DNA of 64,000 bases from Eledone cirrhosa (GCA_964016885.1 OZ024742.1:95542001-95606000), one strand, 5' to 3'; counted from the stretch's first letter, positions 1 to 13,425 are shown. The notes: a model not told the origin generated them from the letters alone. Made by a program: numbers and translations.

Positions 1-61
<61 letters not shown>

Positions 62-469
62 CATTTCTACAGAAATATATACAAATATAAATATATATGT
101 AGATATATTTATTTCTATTCATAAAAAAACTCCTATATAATTATATATATCCAGTCTGTATTATATATATATATGTATATATATATACACCCATAGATAG
201 ATATATGGTTAGGTAATATTCACGTATGTAATTCAAAGACAGCATATAGGTACTTATTTCCATTCATAAATACGAATGTTAAGGTGTGTCTGTCTGCATA
301 TATATTATTTATACACTAGCATGTACTCATAACTCTCTCCCCTTCTCTCTCTATATATATATCCATAAGTGTAAGAAAGGAAAACAGTGTGCAATAGGGA
401 AGAGAGCTGATTTATTATAATATTTATTTATGTTCAAAACACATGTACATATATATGTATATACATATG

Positions 470-1349
470 TGTAAGACAAAAGTGTTGATGAGTAGAAAAG
501 AGGACAAAACCCTGATTCCATCAGGGAAATGGCCATGTTCGATACGCAGAAAAGGAACTGGCATAAATTCTATAAAATGCACACAATGCAGATCCTGGGT
601 ACATAAGAGATGTAGCGGGATAGCAGGATAGCAGGCAAACTAACAGGTAGGGAGAAATATGTATGCAGTAGATGTACAGGGAAATTAGACAGTAGAAGTC
701 GCATTGCTAGACACATTTTTCAGATGCAGGAGGGCGCTATAGAAGTGGTGGATAGCTTCCGGTAATTAGGAGATCAGATTAGCATGGGAGGAGGGTGTTC
801 CGAGGCCATAGTATCTAGAATAAGGATGGGTTGTAAGAAGTTTAGGGAGCTGCTTCCTCTGTTGACGAAGAAGGGTTTCTCCCTGCGTACAAAATGCCGG
901 TTGTATGATGCCTGTGTGAGGAGCGCGATGCTGCATGGTTGTGAGACATGGGCAGCAACTGCAGAGGATATGCGTTGGATGTGCAGTGTAAACGTGCGTG
1001 AACGACCCAGCATAAATGTGTTGAGAGAGAAACTGTGTCTGAGAGGGATAGAATGTAGTGTACGGGAGAGGAGACTGAGGTGGTATGGACATGTGATGCG
1101 CATGGAGGATGACCGATGGGTGAAGAAGTGCCAGGAAATGCCAGTTGAAGGAAGACGTATTAGAGGAAGACCACGAAAAACATGGGCGGAGGTGGTGAGA
1201 ACAGACCTCAGATCATTGAAGCTCACTGTGGAGATGATGAAGTACCGTGACGAGTGGAGAGATGCTGTGCTGAATAAGACCCATCCCACCCTTACAAGCA
1301 GGGAAAAGTGGACGTAAAATGATGATGATGATGATGATAATGATGATGA
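470..1349 (+). mobile_element. RTE-clade LINE, 5'-truncated 3' part (RT C-terminus with Cys-rich insert), disrupted
   Basis: ORFs 443-631 (GKWPCSI..KG.G.NSI.C..C..WVHKRCSG) and 784-1317 ([37 protein letters not shown]); ends in an (ATG)n tail. Confidence 0.9.
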
Positions 1350-1421
1350 TATATATATATAAATATATATATAAATATATGTATATACATATATATATAT
1401 AAATATATATATATATGTATG

Positions 1422-1484
<63 letters not shown>

Positions 1485-2484
1485 ACATATAAATACATAC
1501 ATATCTGTAGATACATATAAGTATGTATGGATATACACATATACATACATTTTTGGTAATATATATGTATTGATTCATGAATAATTCTCTGCTAGTTCCT
1601 CATTCCATAGAAGCAAATTGTTTGAACAAAATCTTGCAATAATGGGTTTAGAAAATTATTAACCATTTTATAATGATACTGTCTATAGAACTATTCTGAA
1701 TAAAAAAAGTGTACATGTATTTTAAGTACCCTATAATCCTAATACTTTACTGAAGAAGCTAAAGGCGAAAAATGTTAAATACCATTCCACAGACAAGCCA
1801 GCTCAAAGAACATAATCATTTAATTTATAATTTCTTGACTTTTAACATTTTCTCTTTCCACCTTCTCTAACTTTGTTTTCATTCTTATTTAATTTCTTTA
1901 GTTTTCCTTATTTATTTAATCATTTGAGAATTTCTTAGAAAACATCAAAATATTTTCTATATATGGGAACCAGTTTTCTTCTTCAAATTATTTGGAAATC
2001 ATAAATGTCTACTTTTCATTATAAATATGGTAACAAAAGGTCAAATATTTCAGGCAAAAGTCTGGGATTTTATCATTTCCTGAACCTTACAATTACTCAA
2101 TTTTGTAGCATCTGAGCTGTGTCGTGAGTTCCTGTGGCATATGGACTAACTGAAGTGGATAAAACCCTTTGAAATGACAACAAAAATATAGAACTAAAGC
2201 TGGTCATTACAGATTTAATGATAACATACAGGAACATAAATGTGTTTTGGTGCTTTGTATCCAGTCCATATTCCACGTTAGTATTCTACTTCTTTTGTTA
2301 TTGGTGCTGCCATGTATTCTATTTTTACTTATTTCTTGCACAAATCATTTTGTATTGGAGTCAAAGTCTTTATTTATTATTAAGTCACTTTCTATCACAG
2401 AAGATTATTTTCTTGTTTCAGAAGTTCTTTGATTTTGTATACTTAACTTTGTTGTATATTTCTCTTGCATTTTTGTTTACAGTT

Positions 2485-2778
2485 TTATCATCAACATCAT
2501 CATTATCATCATTTTACGTCCACCTTTCCCAGCTGGCAAGGGTGGGACAGGTCCTATTCAGCACAGCATCTCTTCACTTGTCACAGTCCTTCGTCATCTC
2601 CTCTGTGAGCTTCAGCGATCTGAGGTCTGCTCTCACCACCTCCGCCCATATTTTTCGTGGTCTTCTTCTACTGTGTCTTCTTTCTACTGGAATTTATTGG
2701 CACTTCTTTACCCAGTGGTCATCCTCCATGCACATCACATGTCCATACCATCGCAGTCTTCTCTCCCGCACGCTACAT
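2485..2778 (-). mobile_element. RTE LINE 3' end fragment
   Basis: Reverse-complement match to about 1055-1335, with (CAT)n tail at the left. Confidence 0.85.
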
Positions 2779-2919
2779 GTTAATATTTATTTTATTAAGA
2801 ATTAAGTTATTTTTATTTCCTAACTCATTCTGTTGATTTATTTTCCATGTTACAGAGGAAGTACTTAGCTAAGGGTAAACACTGCAACATCTAATATTTG
2901 TAGATTATCATCATCATTT

Positions 2920-3177
2920 GTGTAGGTGTCACGTGTAGGTGTCACGACAAAAAACACACAGTGCATGCTGTAATGTGGCCGTGTAGGTAATATGGTAAAA
3001 AGTTCCCAGTCCACACTGTAAATGTGGTTGGTGTTAGGAAGGGTATCCAGCTGTAGAAAACCTGCCAGATAGTCCTATATGAGTGAGACACGGTCACCCC
3101 ACCAACCTTGCCTCAAGTGGGACAACTCCCGTCTAACCTATGCTAGCGTGGAAGATGGATGTTAAACGATGATGAAT
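2920..3177 (+). mobile_element. RTE-associated 3' UTR fragment
   Basis: ccacactgtaaatgtggttggtgttaggaagggtatccagctgtagaaa..gttaaacgatgatg matches the 3' UTRs at 35000-35277 and 45796-46050. Confidence 0.7.
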
Positions 3178-3229
3178 GATTCTGTAAAATTATATATTGG
3201 TGGTTCTCCTTAAAGTTTTTGTCAGTATG

Positions 3230-3560
3230 AAAAACATATCCCGGTTGATTATTACCAGATCGATGTTATATGCTATGTTTTGTACATGTGTATACCATTA
3301 CTTATCTGCTTTCACTTGAAAGTGTCATTATACTGTCCAGTGGAAATAGCTGCCTAGTCCACTGAATAGACTTGAAATAGGTGAGGGCTTAACAGCTGGA
3401 AATGACATGGTTAATCATTTCATCAGACTGATTACTCAATCTGCACATGATGTTTGCATCTTTGATCATTATCTCTGAGTAGGTGGTGTTTCTTTGTTGC
3501 TCAAATCAGAGATTCTAGTTTTGTTTTTAACCCAGAGATCTTGAGCCATTGTTCTATTTC
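3230..3560 (-). mobile_element. Highly decayed R4/Dong-like non-LTR retrotransposon C-terminal region
   Basis: Manual minus-strand translation across stops and frameshifts gives WLKISGLK..ESLI, CRL.NQSDEMINHVISSC and a following HW, resembling the R4-clade CCHC knuckle context. Confidence 0.5.
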
Positions 3561-4639
3561 ACTGAGGCTTATTTCCTTTCAGTTCAGTATTGTCTGGTAT
3601 TGTACTTTTCTCTCTATTTTTTCTTCAGGATAATTAGGAATTATGCTTTCAATTTGTATTACGATTTGTTTTGTGTTTTTGTTCTGTTTTTTTTTTGTTG
3701 TATTTCTCTTGTCAAAATCTTTTTTCCTCAGAATAGTTAGTTTCCACTTTGAAACTTAATTGCATCATTATATTTTATCAAAAAACATTATTTTATTGTT
3801 TTCTTCATGTTTCCTTATTACAGTCATCAGTTTCCTTTTGCCTGTTTATAATCATTTTTCCAATCATATTAATATTTTGTAGTAGTTTTTTTTTTAATTT
3901 ATCTCAGATCTGGATATCAGATTTGGAATGGTTTTAGCAATATCTTGATTTTCTGTGAATAATTGTTTTTTTGTTTATTATGTTGAAGCCTTAGTTTATA
4001 ACTGTGTAGGATAGTGTACTTATACCTATGGTCATATTTTGAGCATTTAGTAAAATTATTATTGTTATTACTACTTTCTAAGTTTAAATCTTGCAAGGTT
4101 TTATCCTTCCAGGGACAATAGAATAAAGTACAATTAAAGGACTGTGTTCAATTTAATTGACTTTCCCCAATTGCTGACATTGTGCCAAAAGTTTAAAAAA
4201 TTATAATAATTGTTAGCATCATTATTACTGATGAAGGTGAATTGGCAGAAATGTTAGTGCCAAGCTAACATTGGCAGGATTTGAACTCTGAGGGGTATAA
4301 CATTATGCTTCAAAGCATGTTGTCCATAATAATTATTGTTTCTGCATTCACCATGATTACTGCAGAATTGTGTATCATATAAATTTTAGTTATTTTGTAA
4401 ATGTATTACCATAAAAAATGTTTACCATTGAAATTGGGTAGTTTTGAATTTGGTCCCAGAAGAGTAGTGGGTTAACAGGTAAGCTTACACAGAGACTTTG
4501 GATGTAGTGGTAGATTTAGTCAACAGTAAGTGTATCAGTGACATTCAACCTTTTCAATTCTATAGAAATACTTGATATTTCTTATTACTTTGGTTATCTT
4601 ATTAACTTTGAAATATTGCAACCAGAGTAAGGACATTAT

Positions 4640-4920
4640 TATAAAGATCAAAGAACTACTAATGCAGCTGGCAAAAAAAGGACACCTTTTCTGAACAAAA
4701 AATATGCTATATGGTGCACACATGTAAATGTGATGTTAGTGAGACATGTTATTGAATGCTGAGTATATGTGAAGGCTGAGAAAGATAAACCAAACATGCT
4801 CTGCTGGATGTGTAATGTTAATGTGCATGAACAGCAAAGCTCAGATGAGTTGAGAAAAAACTGGATATAAGAAGAATCAATGGTAGCATGCAGAAGAGAA
4901 GATTGTGCTGGTATGTACAA
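4640..4920 (+). mobile_element. Old RTE LINE fragment
   Basis: Decayed WMCNVNVHEQQSSDELRK..RRLCWY, homologous to 870-1090. Confidence 0.7.
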
Positions 4921-4953
4921 ATATTGATAATTATATACAGTATATTAATGATG

Positions 4954-5289
4954 GGAAGTCATGTGGCTTAGTGGTTAGAGGGTTGAACTCGTAATTGTAA
5001 GGTTGTGAATTTGAATCTTGGACAAGAGGTACATTGTGTTCTGGAGCAAAACACTTTATTTCACATTGCTCCTGTCCACTGAGCTGTAGAAATGAGTTGC
5101 GACATCATGGGTGCCAAACCGTATCAGCCATTGTCTTTCCCTTGGACAACATTGGTGGTGTGAAGAGAGGAGGCTGGTATGCCTGGGTGACAGCTGGTCT
5201 TCCACAGAAAGCACTTTGCCCAGGCTTGTACCTCAGAGGGAGACATTCTAGGTGCAAAACCTTGGTCATTAGTGACCGAAGGGGGCCTA
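4954..5289 (+). mobile_element. tRNA-derived SINE, family A
   Basis: A-box-like tggcttagtggtt and B-box-like tttgaatc; related copies at 22892, 39745, 57240(-) and 63430. Confidence 0.75.
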
Positions 5290-6137
5290 TGTTATTAATG
5301 ATGAGCATTGGTTGATGACGTGCCAGTACTTTTAGATCTCAGGAGGCTGGAATTCATAAATGTATGACACATGAAAGGGATAAGTAGAGGGAGAATTTAT
5401 TTGACAGAAATTACTTAATCCATGCAAGCAAAAAAAAAAAGAAAAAAGAATCATGACGATGGTGATGATGATTAATTGTTTAATATCAATAACAAAAGAC
5501 AACGGTAGCATATGTTATTTAACACAACAGTTAAAAAATGCTAAAGTACAAGAAGAATTTGGTTAACCTCAATTTGTGTAGTGCATTGTAGATGAGAAGA
5601 ATTCCAAATTTCAATAAAAAAGATTATTAACAGAATTAATTCCCTTTTGAGCTTTGCTTCTCTCTCTCTATATATATACAACTATTACTCTATGCAAGGA
5701 TTGTCTTTTTAACGATAATTGTTTTTATTCTATGAAACTAAATAATTTCTGATGCCAAACAAATGAAACAAAACAAAGACACAAAAATAACAAATATATC
5801 AATAATGGCAAGAACAAAGAAATAGCTGGATTTTTGAATTGTTAATTAACTAGTAAGTTGTTAATTTGTGCATTGTGTATGGGATGGGTGCTTAATGATT
5901 CTTAAACAATTAAATTCATCTCTGAGATAATTAAAATGAGATCAAAAGGAGAGTGAGGTATCAACATTTGAAGATATCAACTAGTTAGTATCATTATTAT
6001 CTTCCTCATTATATTTCAGCTTTAGTATTTTACTGAGTTTAGAATTTTTTTTATTACTTTAGATATTAAACTTTCAAATAATTATATATTATGATATAAT
6101 TTAGTATAAAATAATACTCACAAACACACATATATAA

Positions 6138-6179
<42 letters not shown>

Positions 6180-6282
6180 GTGTGCATATATATATATATG
6201 TGTGTGTATATATATATATATGTGTATATATGTATATATATTATATATATATATTTGTGTGTGTGTGTGTGACTATGTATGT

Positions 6283-6333
<51 letters not shown>

Positions 6334-6589
6334 TATGCACATAAATAAGAGTTTTAGGTCTATTGAAATGTGAATTAACCGGAAGTTAATTGTTTTTTCA
6401 ACTTTGTCCCTTTTGATTTCTCTGTTGTCTTTTTATTTCATGTATAAATTGTTTAACATTTTATTTTTGTGGTAGAAATAAATTTTGATGCCACACACCG
6501 AACCCCTCCCTGAACGTATGGAAAATTGTAGAGTTATGAATATAATAATAATAATAAATGATGATGAAGATGATGATGATGATGATGTT

Positions 6590-6810
6590 AATACTTGTTT
6601 CTACATTTGGCACAAGGTCAGCAATTTGAATGGAAGAGTAAGGCAATTAGCTCCTCCCCAGTGTATTACTAGTACTTTATTTTATCAACCCAGAAGGATG
6701 AAATGCAAAGCTAACCTCGACAAGGATTGAAATCAGATTGCAAAGGGCTGAAACTACATGTTACTTAGCATGTTGTTCAATGTTCAACTGATATTGCCAA
6801 TCCACTATCC
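6590..6810 (-). mobile_element. tRNA-derived SINE, family B, diverged
   Basis: tgtttctacatttggcacaagg..tactttattttatcaaccc..aggatgaaa matches copies at 21990, 39413, 40331 and 58767. Confidence 0.7.
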
Positions 6811-6937
6811 TTATCTGCTAGTAATAAAATAATAATAATTCCTCATATTTTTGACAAAAACCCTCATTCACAGCCATACAAATATTATGTATGTATGTAT
6901 ATATATATATATATATACATACATATTTGTATGGCTG

Positions 6938-7001
<64 letters not shown>

Positions 7002-7009
7002 CATACATA

Positions 7010-7150
7010 CATAATAAAATATATGGAACTCTTTTAACCATATTTTAATTCCTCTTTATTATATATACTCCAGTTCTACCAACTTTTGAGTGCTACTTAT
7101 CTGATATATGCATAGTTTTATTGTTCTACAATATTAATCACCTTCTACAT
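7010..7150 (+). mobile_element. Isolated downstream segment and tail of the fold-back family at 10995-11272
   Basis: Near-identical to 11159-11272; flanked by (TA)/(CATA) repeats. Confidence 0.85.
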
Positions 7151-8116
7151 TATATATATATATATACATATACGGTTGTCCCCTTCCTTCTGCTGGACAC
7201 CACCAGAGGGCATTAGCCCCCCTCCCCGTCCTCCCATTGTTTGCATAGCTATGGCTTCTTAAAACCATATTTCTTTAGAGATACAACATTTCTATACATA
7301 TTGTATAAAGCTATGCTTGAAGTGAAATCTTATTTCTTTTCCATATATATATATGGAAAAGATATAAGATGTGTATGTGTGTGTATGTATGGGTATGTTT
7401 GTATGTATATGATTGTGTGTATGTGAGTGTGTTGCTGTTTTGAATTTCTTTCTGCGATTGAACTTAAATTGACCCCTGGTGATTAAATGCCCAACTACAC
7501 ATGCACACGTGCACACACATACACACATTTGACAAAAAAGTTTGCACCCAAAGGGGGTGCTGCTTGAAAAGAGGCTGTGAAATCCTGGTCTAAAGCATGA
7601 GATGTGAAATCAAAAAGGTGATTCCAAACTAGCTGTCTGAACACATATTCTTTTTCTTCAAACAATTATTTTTATATTGCTTCCAATTCTCACTCACTAT
7701 ATTCCTATTTCATTCTTTATTTCCCATTCTATACTTTAATGAAGGACTATCATTTAAACTCTTCTACCATAGCAAATGTAAAATTAATGTATTTCATCAC
7801 TGTACTTTATTGTCAGCTTCATTGTTTCTATTGACTTTTTGTATACATATATATAAACACACACACACATATATACATAAAGTAAAAAAAGAATTAAACC
7901 CCTTCAGTTATGTATGATCATAGGCTTTGTACCTAGAGTGTTCTCCTCTAAGATGTTTTTGTGAATAATCAGCAGATGGCTATGCATACCAATGTCCCCT
8001 TTTCATGCAACAGATATCATCCAAGGGAAAATATATGGCTGATATAGCTAGAGCAATGTGAAAAATAAAGTGTCTTTTTGAATGAAGGTTACAGCACAAT
8101 ATATACATACGTTTAT

Positions 8117-8156
<40 letters not shown>

Positions 8157-8159
<3 letters not shown>

Positions 8160-10994
8160 AGGATGAATATAAAATGAAAGTGCTTTTTTTAAAAAAGGAA
8201 TTTATTAGGTATTGACATATGTTTCTGTAACAGACTGAATACCTATGTATCGCTGCTTGTGTAATCATATAATGTTAGCAAGTATTCGATAGCAAATGTA
8301 TTATCAGTTGTCACTTCTTCAATGATTTTGGATAAATTGGATAAAATCAGAAAAATTGAAGTATTTATATTAGTAATAGAGGAAGAAACAGAGGGGATAG
8401 TATATGACAGATGGTAAATTAATTTACTGCTAAACAAGTATATAATGGGTTTCTAATGAGAATACCATGAGTAAATCTAAATAAGAATTTTGGGAGTGCC
8501 AATTTTAATCTCTACTTGACCAACTGGACAGTGGACAGGGCTGGTCATTTGGTGCAGTAGTATTAATTATAAAGTGTCAATTGGGGAAGGGGGAGATTTC
8601 GATTGCTACTAAATAACATCAATGCTAGTAGCCAGCTGGTATATGCATTAGGGAATTGAATCAAGAAATCAGAAATCTCATTTTATCTATAGCAGTTTGT
8701 ATTAAAAGGTAAATAATAGAAGAGTTGATAGAATTAAGACTAATAAAGAATGTTAATATCTATTTTGACAATCAAACGGGGATAGAGACAGGCGTTCAAT
8801 CCTGGTAGTATTTATAATATGAAAATGTAGATTTTAAGCGATGGTTACAGTATAACGATCGCTCTATTCTGTTATTTAATAAAATGTTTTTGGATTTCAT
8901 AATACAAAATAATTCTACATTACATAATTTACAAAATTCCTGTCCATGGGATAATGGGGGGGGGGGGGGGGGGGGGGCAGCCGCTATTATATCCCATTTT
9001 AGGTGAAATTGTTGGTTATTTTCACGTAGCTGCCAAGCCTTGTCTGCGAGTGTTGTTACATAACGCTGGTTTTCATGTTTTATCGAGTAACGACGTCTAT
9101 AAAGGCGTGATTTGAAGGAGGTGGCTGTAGATCCCACATAGTACCACTTCTGTCTATCCGATTCGATAGTACATTTGTATACGATGTTGCGTTCAAGACA
9201 CTGATTGTTCAACGGACACATTCCTGGTTGGACACAGTTGCAATTATAATGTTGCGTTGTTGTATTGCCATGGATGGGTTGATGAGGTTGCTTATGTAGG
9301 ACAGGATGTTGTTTGTTGTTTTGTGATGTTATAGCTAATGTTTTACGTGTATTGTTATGTGTTGGAAGGCGTTTATACAACCGTTTTGCGTTAAGCTTTT
9401 TTATATGTTGTTCAATATTAGGGGCGGTTGAATATGAAAGTCGAATAGTGTTAGGGTTTAAGATTTTATTATATTTATGTGATGTTGGAAAGTGTTTTTT
9501 AACTAATCGAAAGAATTTTGAGGGTAGATTGGTTTTAATAGAGTTGTTATAGACCGGGTTGTACCAAATATACTCCTTACATCGCCTTCTGTTTGGTGGT
9601 GTGCGACTATTATTGTGTCTATTGCGGTAGTGTATGTATGGTGGTGATTCTGTGCTATTTCTACTCCTATGGGATTTATTTTGGGTGTTTTGGTGATCTT
9701 TGACTATATACTCTATATTATCTAATATTCGGCATGTTCTTTGAAGGTTTGTTGGTTGGACGACAGGTGGGAGATTCTAAGAGAAACATTTCTAGGGATG
9801 GATTTAATTATAGAGAGTGGATGGTTAGAACTCGTATTTACGTATTTACATATTTAAGGTTCTCATTTAGTTTATGGAACGGTTTAATCGTATCTGTATT
9901 GAGATTGAAAGTAACATCAAGGAAATTGACCTCTTTGAGGTTATATTCAAATGTAATATTTAATCCTAGTTCCTTAAAAAGCTTTCTGATATTTTTACGC
10001 ATCCTTTCTAAATTCTGGTTATTCATATGCTTAACTAATAGGAGCGCATCGTCACGGTAGATTCCACCGTGGAGATCCTTGAATTTTCCTTGTAATCTGT
10101 GGGTGATATAAATTCCCACAAGATCTGTTACTTCCGCCGAATCATTAGAACCCATAGTGATATCAAAATTAGAAGGTCTATCTTTGCGAACCCAGTAGCT
10201 ATCATCGAATTTAACTATAGTTTTCCTCGCTTCCATAATAATTTTAATTTCAGCATCCGTAAGGTCGGAATTATCCTTAGCGAACGAAAGAGCTTCATGT
10301 AGAGTATCAGATGAAATTGAGGAATAATATTCATCAATATCAAACAAACTGAATAAATTTTGATTTTTTCTTATCAGTAATGTTATTAAACCATCTTATT
10401 GCTTCATGAGTTTAATCATGAGTTTAATCATGAGTTTAAACCATAGTTTAATCTCTAGTTTAATCTTAACTTGGGGGATAATTCTCATAGTTTAAACCAT
10501 AGTTTAATCATGAGTTTAAACCATAGTTTAATCTCTACTTTAACCTTAACTTGGGGGATAATTCTGTCTAGTATATATTTGCTAATTTTGCCTATATCAG
10601 ATTTAGAGGGGCATATAAGTCTAATATTAGGGTTAGTATCGAAGTTTACCTTGTGGTCCTTCAGGTTGAAGGATGGTATAGCTGGTGTTAAGGGTTGCGT
10701 TCTATCGTCAATACAAAGTTTTTTAACAATATCACATGCCGAGTTGTTGATGTTTTTAAGTGTAGCTTCATTAGTTTTCCTGTATTTTTTATGCAATTCC
10801 TTACGGATGAAGTTATTGTAAGTGTCCACATCCATGGTATATACGTTTGATGTTTTGTCTGCTCTAACAATAATTCCATTGGCGTTTTTTAGATTATTGA
10901 GCAGTGCCGTGATGTCATTCTGTAGTTTATTGTTCTTCCGTTTTGTAAATTTGATCTCCATGATCATATCCATTAGGTCTTGTTCAAATGCATA
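8157..10994 (-). mobile_element. Penelope-like element, Naiad-like, 5'-truncated and frameshifted (RT plus GIY-YIG endonuclease)
   Basis: ORFs 10485-10973 (ADKT.N.Y, LKDHK.NF..NP.IRLICPSKS), 9838-10347 (FDI..YYSSI, MGSNDSAEV.DLVG, YRDD, FLDV) and 8796-9380 (CNC..CPL..C, IVY, YVGST, CKLC). Confidence 0.92.
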
Positions 10995-11272
10995 ATATAT
11001 AATAAAAAGGAATTAAAAGATGGTTAAAAGAGTTCCATATATTTTATTATGCGCATTTCGAATACAAAATCATCCTGGGACAAAAATTGTGTTCTCATCA
11101 GATTTTCTCTGATGAGAACACAAATTTTGTCCCAGGATGATTTTGTATTCGAAATGCGCATAATAAAATATATGGAACTCTTTTAACCATCTTTTAATTC
11201 CTCTTTATTATATATACTCCAGTTCTACCAACTGTTGAGTGCTACTTATTTGATATATGCATAGTTTTATTG
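10995..11272. mobile_element. Fold-back non-coding mini-element with hammerhead
   Basis: About 107-bp inverted arms 10995-11102 / 11108-11215 plus a one-sided tail. Confidence 0.85.
11102..11169 (+). ncRNA. Minimal type I hammerhead ribozyme
   Basis: attttct-CTGATGA-gaacacaaa..tttgtattc-GAAA-tgcgca-TA-ataaaat; palindromic loop III. Confidence 0.8.
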
Positions 11273-11521
11273 AAAGAAAAGATTTGAAAGAAAAACATGA
11301 ATTAATGCCCACTCACAGCGCCCCTTTTCAACATAACAGCACCCACGTTGGGAAACATTGCTTTAGACTCAATTTCTTTCTCTCCCTCTCTATGTTCCTC
11401 CACTTAATATATCTTAAACTGACTTTTTACTGTACACAAAGTAATTAACTGCCCATCGTGCTTAAACTCCTACAATTTTATGAATATGTATATATGTATA
11501 TATATATATATACTATATACA

Positions 11522-11947
<426 letters not shown>

Positions 11948-11950
<3 letters not shown>

Positions 11951-13030
11951 AAGTGTTAAAACGATCAAATTTTAGTTTAGAACATTTATTAGCTGACAAT
12001 TGTTTCTTCCATAAGGTAGTCTGGATTCATCGGAGCATAAGGAATGTCGAAAACGTATAGCTAGAATCCTATTCATTTAGAACATTTAGGATACATAGTT
12101 GTTATTAGTGTCAAAGGCAACATGTGGAGATTCAGGAGTTACAAAGATGTTCTGCTTGAAATAACACAATTACAGACACCACTGGTTGGAAGTGTAATAG
12201 GTATAAGTAAAAGTAAAAAGCATAAGCAAAAAAATCACAACCATGAAAAACGTAGGGAAAGAAGTTATAAGCAAGGACAATTGGTGTATAATGCAGGAGT
12301 CAATACAGTCAATAACGCATGTATGAGGAAAGAGTTATAATGCAGTTGAAATAAACATATTTTGTGTGGGGTGTTAAAGCATGTTATATTTGTTATAAAC
12401 ATTTAAGATAGTGTGCAATTTGTTAGAGAGGCATCTGGTGATAATGTAGGTATTTTTTATATACGGTGTAATGTAAAGCACTAGATAGAGTTCGGTATGT
12501 GATTTTCATTTAAGTGTTTTTGTGTTGTAGTTCGTATTTATGTGCATGTTGTTTGTTACACACAGCTATTAACCATGGGATTATTTTAAGTCGTTTAAAG
12601 ACAATAGGTGTTTGTTAAATGTAAATTTCTCCGAATTACTGGCCATGTTGTTATTGTAGGTATATTATCTTATGCATTTTTTATCTGTAAATTATCCTTT
12701 CTAAGGTTTGTATTAACCGTTGGTAAACCGTTAGGTTACTTAATTTTATAACTTTACTCAGGAAGTTGCAAAGGGGGTTAATAACAAAGGGAGGTAATTA
12801 ATGTTGTTAATAAATTAAGGGTTGTTATAATATTGTGGTAGTGTTATAAATTAATCTATATAGAGTATATAAAATATAAAATATAAAATATAAAATATAA
12901 TATATTCTTGGATATATAATTGCTATCTTTTAAACTTGTGGGTGTGGGGTGGGGGTGGGGGTCAAAACGTTTTTATTATTTAGTTTACTATAACTAGATA
13001 GTTTTTACAAAGTTAGTATAGGCATGTATA
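11948..13030 (-). mobile_element. PLE 3' non-coding region and pLTR, related to the element at 17780-20815
   Basis: 11948-12150 is reverse-complement homologous to 20531-20731; flanked by microsatellites; right boundary approximate. Confidence 0.7.
11992..12036 (-). ncRNA. Hammerhead motif, C4 variant
   Basis: gct-CCGATGA-atcca..tggaa-GAAA-caattg-TC-agc. Confidence 0.65.
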
Positions 13031-13425
13031 ATTGTTTCTACTATTGGCACAAAGCATATACATATGTGTGACAATGTATAAAAATATATACACACACACA
13101 CATATCTGCACGCACACTTATACACAGACACACATATACATATATATATATACACACATATACACATACACATATATATATATATATATATACACATACA
13201 TATATATATATATATACATCTATATATATATGTATATATACACACACACATATACACACGCACATATGCATATATATATATACATATATGTATATATATA
13301 CACACATATATATATATATATGTATGTATATGTATAGCAGTTAATATGTATACAGTGTCAGCCGTTAATATGCATAAGGAAAGTATATACTTTCAGACGT
13401 TCAATCATCTGGCAAGAAGGTATAC

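Noticed and set aside
774-1550. 258-aa minus-strand ORF, and similar antisense ORFs at 2218, 46503 and 46748
   Set aside because: Antisense frames of RTE sequence, some extended by microsatellite or low-complexity flank
1748-1782. ctgaaga-agctaaaggc-gaaa hammerhead-like string
   Set aside because: Stem I and loop III do not form convincingly; likely chance or too decayed
1600-2480. Possible R4-like RT remnant on minus (GNDKIPDFCLK)
   Set aside because: Only one short motif; too degenerate to call
4954-5030. tRNA gene
   Set aside because: A/B boxes are present but there is no complete cloverleaf; it is the head of a multi-copy SINE
8796-9380. Possible selenoprotein-type Naiad (UGA at conserved Cys), as reported for some Naiads
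   Set aside because: No in-frame TGA was seen at the conserved CNC/CP/CxxC positions of the four Naiad-like copies
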